From: Planctomycetota bacterium
GTDB lineage: Bacteria; Planctomycetota; UBA1135; UBA2386
Length of the DNA: 46,504 nt
Assembly (NCBI GenBank): GCA_036724695.1
Contig: DAIMFJ010000002.1
Location: 1-46,504, forward strand
Reading direction: 5' to 3'
Shown here: piece by piece, positions 19,366 to 25,762 of the stretch
Position numbering within the stretch: position 1 is the first letter of the stretch
How the letters are laid out: each line of letters begins with the position of its first letter
The notes under the pieces: generated by a model
Seen by the model: only the letters and a program-made list of their open reading frames with translations
Databases searched by the model: none
What the model was told of the DNA's origin: nothing
Position numbers and translations under genes: made by a program

Positions 19366-19601
19366 GAACGTCGGTTCGGGGAAGGGTCGGTCGGGACGGA
19401 CCGCACCCGGGCTGCGACCGGAGGGCGCGCGGGTGCGAGGGACGCTGCGGGGCGCGCGGGGCGCCGCCGGGTCGACCGATCCGTCAGACGAACGCGAAGT
19501 TCATGGCGCGGTGCAGTGTGCGGACCGCGGGCGAGACGTCAAGGGGGTGGTTCTCCGGATGGCGCATTCGGGTCGTCCCGCGGCCTTGGTACAAAGTCGC
19601 G

Positions 19602-20369
19602 ATGAGCGAGCCCATCCATGTCCGTCTTGCCGTCGACGGCGCGGTCGCGATCCTGACCCTCGACCGTCCCGAGGCCCGCAACGCCTACAGCGAGGCGATG
19701 TGCGAACAGCTGGTCGCGGCCCTCGACCGGGTCGATCGCGACGACGCCGTGCGCTGCGCGATCCTGACCGGGGCCGGCAGCGCGTTCCACGCCGGCGGCG
19801 ACACCAAGGCGATGAAGGAACGGTCGGGCATGTTCGCCGGGGATCCGGCCGAACTGCGGCAGCGTTATGTCGCCGGCATCCAGGCGGTGCCGCGGCGGAT
19901 CGCCGAATTCGCGAAACCGCTGCTGGCGGCGATCAACGGCCCGGCGATCGGGGCTGGGTTGGATCTGGCCTGCATGTGCGATCTGCGCATCGCGGCGGCT
20001 GGCAGCAAGCTGGGGTCGACCTTCGTGCGCGTTGGGTTGGTGCCCGGCGACGGCGGCGCGTACTTCCTGCAGCGCACGGTTGGGTTTCCGCGGGCTCTCG
20101 AATTGATGATGACCGGGCGCATCCTCGATGCGGCAGAGGCCCTGGTGATCGGCCTCGTGCACGAGGTGGTGCCAGACGAGCAGCTGCTGCCGCGCGCGCT
20201 GGCGCTGGCCAACCAGCTCGCGACGTTGCCGGCCACGGCGCTGCAATACACCAAACGCGCCGCGTACCGTGCGTATGAGGGCGACCAGGCGGCGGCACTC
20301 GAGCTCGCGGCGACCTACCAGGGCATCGTGCAGAACCTGCCGGCGCATCGGCAGGCGTTGGGCGGCTGA
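19602..20369 (+). CDS. enoyl-CoA hydratase/isomerase (crotonase) family protein
   Basis: ..VAILTLDRPEARNA.., ..CAILTGAGSAFHAGGDTKAM.., ..KPLLAAINGPAIGAGLDLACMCDLRIA.. are crotonase oxyanion-hole motifs. The ATG at 19602 was chosen inside track ORF 19503..20369. Confidence 0.85.
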   Translation: MSEPIHVRLAVDGAVAILTLDRPEARNAYSEAMCEQLVAALDRVDRDDAVRCAILTGAGSAFHAGGDTKAMKERSGMFAGDPAELRQRYVAGIQAVPRRIAEFAKPLLAAINGPAIGAGLDLACMCDLRIAAAGSKLGSTFVRVGLVPGDGGAYFLQRTVGFPRALELMMTGRILDAAEALVIGLVHEVVPDEQLLPRALALANQLATLPATALQYTKRAAYRAYEGDQAAALELAATYQGIVQNLPAHRQALGG

Positions 20370-20456
20370 GGCAGGGGTTCGCCGACGGCCTCGCTTCGCC
20401 GATGGGAGCCGAGGAAACCGTTGCGTGGGCCGAACCGTCGGCTGTGATGTGCCTGC

Positions 20457-21617
20457 ATGGGCGTGTGTCGCACCACCTGGGCGGTGGCCGGCTGCTGCAC
20501 AGTGATCGTGGGCGGCATGGCCCTTGCGTCGTGGACGCATCGGGCGAGCGACGACCTGCGGCTGGAACTCGAGCGCAAGGTGGCGGCGATCCTGGCTCGC
20601 CAGCCGGCCCCGGTGTACCGCGACTCGGCACTGTGGGGCGAGACGCTCGCGGGCGAGGCTTCGACCCACTATGCGAGCGCGGTGGCGGCACAGGGGACCC
20701 TGGAGATCATCCGTTGGAATGCCAAGGCGGGCGAGTTCTTGGAAGGGGGTGCGGCGGTGCCCCGCGAACGCCAGGAACGACTGCGCGAGCAATGGGCACC
20801 GTTCCTCGACGCCGTGCGGGCCGGGGCGCATCGCAAGGTGGCGCCACCATCGACTTGGCAGATGGGCAGGCTCGGAAACGTCGATGCGGCACTGACGCTC
20901 GAGCTGCGCTCGCGGCTGCGTGAAGGGCGCACGGAGGCGTTCCTCGAGCTGTGGCTCGATGCGTTCACCTGTGCCGTCGACTACTGGCTGGCAACCAGTG
21001 GGAACTGGCGCGAACAGTGGCCGCGGAATCTCCTGCACCTCCTCGACGACGACGTGCTGCGGTCGCTGCCAGCCCAGCAGTTGGAGCAACTCGAGCAATG
21101 CCTGGGCAACGCCGACCGCCTGGCAGCGACGCCGATCGACCCGATGGCCATCCTGGCGCAGTGGATCGAGCATCGGCTCCGGACCGCGCATCTCACACGG
21201 CATGGCGTGCGCAGCCACTTGGCCGCGTGGCAGCATGGCTTCGATCCGCTGCGTGCCGACCTGCTCGGCTTCGACGAGCTCCTGGACCTGCAATCCCTGC
21301 TCGAACCTGCAGCCACCGACACCGCGGCACGAGCGGCCCAGTGGGCTGCGTATCGGGCGGCCCCGCGTCCGCGGATCACCCCGCTCAGCGATCAGTACCA
21401 CCAGCTCCTGGAGGCTGCCGAACGGCAACACCTCCAGGTCGTGGCGCAGATGCGGGTCCTCCGGATCGCCGCCAACTTCCACCGCGGTGGCGAGCTGCCG
21501 GTGCTCGCCGATCCGTTCGCCGCTGGGCCGCTGCAGGTGCAGGTCGACGGCGACGAAGCCACCATCGGCAGCGCCAGCAGGTTCGATGGCAGTCAGCGCA
21601 TCGCGCGGCGCCGCTGA
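20457..21617 (+). CDS. hypothetical membrane-anchored protein
   Basis: 386 aa. One N-terminal hydrophobic segment (TWAVAGCCTVIVGGMALASW), then a helical Leu/Trp/Glu-rich body. No family recognised. Confidence 0.55.
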   Translation: MGVCRTTWAVAGCCTVIVGGMALASWTHRASDDLRLELERKVAAILARQPAPVYRDSALWGETLAGEASTHYASAVAAQGTLEIIRWNAKAGEFLEGGAAVPRERQERLREQWAPFLDAVRAGAHRKVAPPSTWQMGRLGNVDAALTLELRSRLREGRTEAFLELWLDAFTCAVDYWLATSGNWREQWPRNLLHLLDDDVLRSLPAQQLEQLEQCLGNADRLAATPIDPMAILAQWIEHRLRTAHLTRHGVRSHLAAWQHGFDPLRADLLGFDELLDLQSLLEPAATDTAARAAQWAAYRAAPRPRITPLSDQYHQLLEAAERQHLQVVAQMRVLRIAANFHRGGELPVLADPFAAGPLQVQVDGDEATIGSASRFDGSQRIARRR

Positions 21618-21631
21618 GCGCGGCGCCGCGC
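21603..21631. terminator. GC-rich palindromic duplication/hairpin between convergent genes, with the stop codon in the loop
   Basis: GCGCGGCGCCGC-TGA-GCGCGGCGCCGC. Each copy contains the palindrome GCGGCGCCGC, so the two copies can pair as a ~10-bp stem with the TGA of the 20457 gene in the loop. No U-tract follows. Confidence 0.35.
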
Positions 21632-21638
21632 GACACCG

Positions 21639-22610
21639 TCACAGGTTGGTGCGCAACGCCGTCAGGATCCGCTGCGCCCGCGCGCCGACCTTGCTGCCCT
21701 CGGCCCCCTTGAGGAAGGCCTCCAGCCGCTTTGGCGCACCTTCGCCGTTGCCATCGCGCAGGGGTTTGATGACCTTGGCGAGTTTGCCGTCGAGCGACAA
21801 TTCGGCCTTGCCGTTCTCGGTCGCGAACGTCGCGAGCAGCTCCGCCGCTTCGCTCGCCCAGGGCTCGTGTCGGCCGACGCCCTTGACGAGTTCCTTGGCG
21901 AGATCGTGGGCCCGATCCCAACGACCGTCCTCCTGCAGGGCCGTGACCGACTTCTTCCGACTGGCATAGCGGGTGTCGATCTCCAGTTGCAGTGCCGTGC
22001 GGGCGTCGCCTTCGGGCATCGCCTGCACGACCGCGAGGGCGGCGGCGAAGTTGGACTTGCCGTAGAGCGCCTGCCGGACCTTGCGCGCTTCGGCGGTGTC
22101 GCCCCAACCCTTCTTGACCTTGTCGAGTTCGACCGCGATCAGCTCTTCGACCTTCTTGGCATCACGGATCGGGTTGCCCCACCACAACAACTTGCCGTCG
22201 ACGCCGATCAGGGCACCGTTGGGCAAACCGCCGCTCGACGGGGTCGGTACGGCCCCGTTGACGCAGGCGAACGCATCGCAATCCGGGAACTTCATCCACA
22301 GGAAGCCTTCGAGCGCCGCTTCATCGGCACCCTGGCGTTCCATCAGGATGGTCACCAGACCCTTGCTGGAGAGTTCCTTGTCCTTCTTGACGGCGCTCGG
22401 CACGGAGACGCCAATGCAAGGGCCTCAACGTGTGCCCCAGAAGTCGATGACCACCGGCTGGCCGAAGAACTCGGCGAGATTCTGCCGGCCGTCGCCGTTG
22501 AGCAACTTGGGGAAGGCGAAGTCGGGGACCTGGTCGCCGAGGCTGGCGGCCTGCTGGGCGCAGAGCGACGTCGCGAGGAGCGCCAAGGCGAGGAACGGTG
22601 AGGCTTTCAT
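21639..22610 (-). CDS. secreted TlpA/ResA-like thiol:disulfide oxidoreductase with in-frame UGA at the CxxC position (candidate selenoprotein, U-G-P-C) plus a C-terminal helical extension
   Basis: Track ORFs 22425..22670 and 21639..22403 share one frame and are separated only by the TGA at 22425..22427. Start at MKASPFLALALLATSLCAQQ (22610). The junction reads VVIDFWGTR-[TGA]-GPCIGVSVPSAVKK, which aligns with FWGTWCxPC of the TlpA/ResA family. The remainder of the Trx fold (..GLVTILM.., ..LPNGALIGVDGKLLWWG..) is downstream of the TGA. Confidence 0.55.
22392..22412 (-). promoter_or_regulatory. bSECIS-like hairpin 12 nt downstream of the in-frame UGA
   Basis: mRNA GGCG-U-CUC[CGUGCC]GAG-CGCC: 4 bp, a bulged U, 3 bp, then a 6-nt loop containing GU. 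Folded by hand only. It resembles the E. coli fdhF SECIS apical hairpin (bulged U, GU in the loop, ~11-nt spacer). Confidence 0.4.
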
Positions 22611-22684
22611 ATGGCACGGCCCGGGGCTGTCCTGGATGGTACCCTGGCATCTGTCGCACGATTGTCGCAACCCATCGAGACCCT

Positions 22685-23659
22685 GTGGAACATCGCCCGA
22701 TCCCCGGCACCGAACTGCAGATCGCCCCGCTCGCCCTGGGCGGCTGGTTGACCTTCGGCGGTTCGCTCGACGACGACACGTCGCTGAGGTTGCTGCATCG
22801 AGCCACCGCCGCTGGGGTCAACTTCCTCGACCTCGCCGACGTCTACGCGCACGGCGCGGCGGAACGGGTCGTCGGTCGCTTCCTGCGCGAGACCGACGCA
22901 AGTCGACTGGTGGTCAGCAGCAAGGTGTTCTGGCCGATGAGCGACGACCCTGGTGATCGTGGCCTGTCGCGGCGCCACATCCACGCGTCGATCGACCGCA
23001 CGCTGCAGCGCCTCGGCCGTGAGCACGTCGCCCTGTATTTCTGCCATCGCGAGGATCCGAGCGTGCCGCTCGCCGAGACGGTGCAGGCGATGGGCGATTT
23101 GGTGGCGATCGGCAAGGTGCGGGCCTGGGGCACCAGTTGTTGGCAGGCCAAGACGTTGCGCGAATCGCATCGGTTGGCCGCGCAACTCGGCGTGGCGCCG
23201 CCGCGCGTCGAGCAACCGAAGTACAACCTGTTCGACCGCTGGATCGAGCTCGACGTGGTGCCGGCATGCCAGGAACTCGGCATCGGCATCGTCGTCTGGA
23301 GCCCGTTGGCCAGCGGGGCGCTGACCGGCAAGTACCTCGACGGCAAACCGGCCGGCAGCCGGGCTGCGACCAGCCGCTGGGTCGACGACTACCTGACGCC
23401 GGAACGACTCGCCGCGGTGCGGGCGTTCGTGGCGCTGTGCCGCGAGCTCGGCCACCCACCGGCCGCGGTCGCACTGGCGTGGGCGATGGCGCAGCCGGGC
23501 ATCACCAGCGCGATCATGGGTGCGACCAGCGAGGCGCAACTCACGAGCAATCTGGCCGCCAGTTCGGTGGTGGTCGATGCGGAGCTGGGGCGGCGGCTGG
23601 ACGCGATCTTCCCGCCGCCGCGGCGTTCGTGGTGGAAGCGGATGTTGCGGCGCGGGTGA
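22685..23659 (+). CDS. aldo/keto reductase (Tas/Kv-beta-like)
   Basis: ..LQIAPLALGGWLTFGG.., ..GVNFLDLADVYAHGAAERVVG.. (Asp/Tyr), ..VVSSKVF.. (Lys), ..ALYFCHRED.. (His), ..GIVVWSPLASGALTGKY.. GTG 22685 is preferred over the track's 22598 start, which would overlap the divergent gene's start. Confidence 0.8.
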   Translation: MEHRPIPGTELQIAPLALGGWLTFGGSLDDDTSLRLLHRATAAGVNFLDLADVYAHGAAERVVGRFLRETDASRLVVSSKVFWPMSDDPGDRGLSRRHIHASIDRTLQRLGREHVALYFCHREDPSVPLAETVQAMGDLVAIGKVRAWGTSCWQAKTLRESHRLAAQLGVAPPRVEQPKYNLFDRWIELDVVPACQELGIGIVVWSPLASGALTGKYLDGKPAGSRAATSRWVDDYLTPERLAAVRAFVALCRELGHPPAAVALAWAMAQPGITSAIMGATSEAQLTSNLAASSVVVDAELGRRLDAIFPPPRRSWWKRMLRRG

Positions 23660-23712
23660 GTTCGGCCGAACAAGCCCTGGCTGGCGCGCAGGTCTGCACT
23701 GCGGGCATTCCA

Positions 23713-23727
23713 AGGCACGCACCTTGC
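23713..23727 (+). promoter_or_regulatory. sigma54-type promoter motif (aGGCACgcaccTTGCt) with no annotated gene downstream
   Basis: GGCAC-N5-TTGC with correct -24/-12 spacing. It lies in the 265-bp region between the convergent AKR and proS genes. Confidence 0.4.
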
Positions 23728-23884
23728 TCCCGAGCGCCGCGGACCGTCTCGCGGACCGCTCCGACATGCCACTTCGGCGCGCTTCAGCGCCCCCCCATCG
23801 TGTTGGCGAGCCCAAGAGGGGTCGTCAATAGACCTCGCCATCTGCAATCGCAAGATGTGACCGCAGAGTGACTTCCATCAAACG

Positions 23885-23917
23885 CTGCGCATACGGGACC
23901 GGGTGAGGTATGCGCAG
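23885..23917 (-). terminator. hairpin terminator candidate after proS
   Basis: Perfect 10-bp inverted repeat CTGCGCATAC-N13-GTATGCGCAG, 7 nt downstream of the proS stop. On the minus strand it is followed by CGTTTGATGG (short U run). Confidence 0.5.
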
Positions 23918-23924
23918 AGGCGAG

Positions 23925-25622
23925 CTAGGCGCGCAACGCGGCGAGCACCTTGGCGCGAACGTCGGCCGCGGCGCACTCGCTCTTCTGCAGGCCCTTGCGG
24001 ATCAGGAACTCGACCTGGCCTTCGGCGGCCTTGCGGCCGACGAAGACCTGGAGCGGCATGCCGAGGAGTTCGTGGTCCTTGAACTTGGCACCTGGGCTCA
24101 TCGGTCGGTCGTCGAGGCAGACGTCGACACCGGCGGCCTTGAGTTCGTCGTAGAGCTGCTGGGCCAGCTGTTGCTGTTCCTGCCGCGACGGATCGAGCAT
24201 CGCGACGACGCACTCGAAGGGCGCGATCGACGGCGGCCAGACGATGCCCTTGTCGTCGTGGCTCTGCTCGACCGCCGCCGCGGGCGTGCGCGAGACACCG
24301 ATGCCGTAACAACCCATCACGAACGGGGTCGGCTTGCCGCCCTGGTCCATGAACGTCGCACTCATCGCCTTGCTGTACTTGATGCCCAGCTTGAAGATGT
24401 GGCCGACCTCGATGCCGCGCGCCTGCTGCAGCGGTGCGCCGGAGATCGGACAGCCTTCGCCGGCGCGCGCCGTGCGCAGATCCTTGAACGACGGCATCCG
24501 GCAATCGCGACCGAGGTTGACGTCGAGGCAGTGGAAGCCGGTCTCGTTGCAACCGACCAGCAGGTTGGTGCGGCCCTGCAGCGACTCGTCGGCCAACAGC
24601 GGCACGTCGTCGCGCAGGCCGACCGGCCCGGCGAACCCGACGTCGGCACCGGTCGCCGCCTTGATCTCGTCGTCGGTCGCGAGCCGCACCTTGAGCGCGT
24701 CCAGCGCGTTGGCGAGCTTGACCTCGTTGATCTCCAGATCGCCGCGCATCATCACCGCGACGACCTTCTCCTTGGCCTTCCACGTGACGTGGTAGAGCAC
24801 GGTCTTGGCCATGCGCCCCGCCACCCAACCGGGGAAGAACGCTTCGAGCTGGGCGACGGTCTTGACGTCCGGCGTGGCGACCTTCTGCATCGGCCGCACC
24901 TCGCCGCCGTCCGGGGCCTCGGGCAGTTTGCTGGTCGCCTTCTCCACGTTGGCCGCATAACCGCTCGCCTGACAGAACAGGATCGAGTCCTCGCCGGAAT
25001 CGGCGATCACCATGAACTCCTCGCTGCCGGCACCGCCGATCGCGCCCGAATCGGCCTGTACGACCGTGTAGGCGAGCCCGCAGCGTTCGAAGATCCGGCA
25101 ATACGCATTGCGCATCTTCTGGTAGGCGACGTCGAGCCCTTGCTGGTCGGCGTCGAACGAATACGCATCCATCATCACGAACTCGCGCCCGCGCATCAGC
25201 CCGAAGCGCGGCCGGATCTCGTCGCGGAACTTGTCCTGGATCTGGTAGCAGTTGACCGGCAGCTGCTTGTAGCTGTTGACCTGCGCGTTCACGTAGGCGG
25301 TCATCACCTCTTCGTGGGTCGGGCCCAGGCACATGTCGCTGCCCTTGCGGTCCTTGAGCGTGAACATGATGCCGTCGGTCACCCACAGTTCCTTCGGCTG
25401 GATGATCGGCAGCATCACCTCGTTGGCGCCCTCGCGATCGAGTTCCTCGCGGACGATCTGCGCGAACTTGCGCACGACCCGCCACATCAGCGGCGCATAC
25501 GTGTAGACGCCGGCGGCGGTCTTGACGATGAACCCGCCACGGGCGAGCAGCTTGTGGCTGGGGATCTCCGCGTCGGCAGGGTCCTCGCGAAGGGTCGAGA
25601 TCAGGATCTGGCTGAGGCGCAT
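23925..25622 (-). CDS. proS: proline--tRNA ligase (bacterial type with editing insertion)
   Basis: MRLSQILISTLREDPADAEIPSHKLLARGGFI.., ..LGPTHEEVMT.., ..YQIQDKFRDEIRPRFGLMRGREFVMMDAYSF.. (class II motif 2), an INS editing domain, and a C-terminal anticodon-binding domain. 565 aa. Start inside track ORF 23925..26189. Confidence 0.95.
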   Translation of the reverse strand: MRLSQILISTLREDPADAEIPSHKLLARGGFIVKTAAGVYTYAPLMWRVVRKFAQIVREELDREGANEVMLPIIQPKELWVTDGIMFTLKDRKGSDMCLGPTHEEVMTAYVNAQVNSYKQLPVNCYQIQDKFRDEIRPRFGLMRGREFVMMDAYSFDADQQGLDVAYQKMRNAYCRIFERCGLAYTVVQADSGAIGGAGSEEFMVIADSGEDSILFCQASGYAANVEKATSKLPEAPDGGEVRPMQKVATPDVKTVAQLEAFFPGWVAGRMAKTVLYHVTWKAKEKVVAVMMRGDLEINEVKLANALDALKVRLATDDEIKAATGADVGFAGPVGLRDDVPLLADESLQGRTNLLVGCNETGFHCLDVNLGRDCRMPSFKDLRTARAGEGCPISGAPLQQARGIEVGHIFKLGIKYSKAMSATFMDQGGKPTPFVMGCYGIGVSRTPAAAVEQSHDDKGIVWPPSIAPFECVVAMLDPSRQEQQQLAQQLYDELKAAGVDVCLDDRPMSPGAKFKDHELLGMPLQVFVGRKAAEGQVEFLIRKGLQKSECAAADVRAKVLAALRA

Positions 25623-25762
25623 TGGGGCCGGCAGGTTACCCGCTCGACGGCCCGCACGGAACCGCGCGCCCGCGGCGATGCCATCGGCGCGACGACGCAC
25701 CGCCGCGCCGCCCACGCCGCCGGACCGCCGACCGCGGGGTAGGGTTCTGTCGGTCTCTCCGC

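Noticed and set aside
19423-19461. Canonical G-quadruplex motif (GGG-N5-GGG-N5-GGG-N7-GGGG-N5-GGGG) in the 236-bp divergent region between the PcfJ-like and crotonase genes
   Set aside because: G-runs of this kind are expected frequently at ~70% GC. Without a genome-wide background it is not distinguishable from composition.
19587-19601. TGGTACaaagtCGCg just before the crotonase start codon
   Set aside because: The -12 GC is off by one position relative to the -24 GG, there is no TTGC, and the motif abuts the ATG. It is not a credible sigma54 promoter.
22425-22670. Treating the 81-aa ORF and the 254-aa ORF (21639..22403) as two separate genes, or as a plain nonsense pseudogene
   Set aside because: Not fully excluded, since TGC->TGA is a single substitution. 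It is disfavoured because the stop sits exactly at the CxxC nucleophile, a SECIS-like hairpin follows at the right distance, and the downstream 260 codons keep clean coding character. The 254-aa piece alone would lack a signal peptide and half of its Trx fold.
23766-23831. Calling the 21-codon ORF MPLRRASAPPHRVGEPKRGRQ as a gene
   Set aside because: It is too short and too compositionally ordinary for this GC content to be supported from sequence alone. It is kept only as a possibility within the orphan sigma54 promoter finding.
25361-25392. proS appears to lack about 7 residues (the RWEQYGP-like segment) between ..ELW..(S/D)G and ..L(R/T)(F/L)KDR.. relative to E. coli ProS
   Set aside because: The frame is continuous and the flanking motifs are intact. 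This is probably normal lineage variation in a loop, and I cannot judge its rarity without an alignment.
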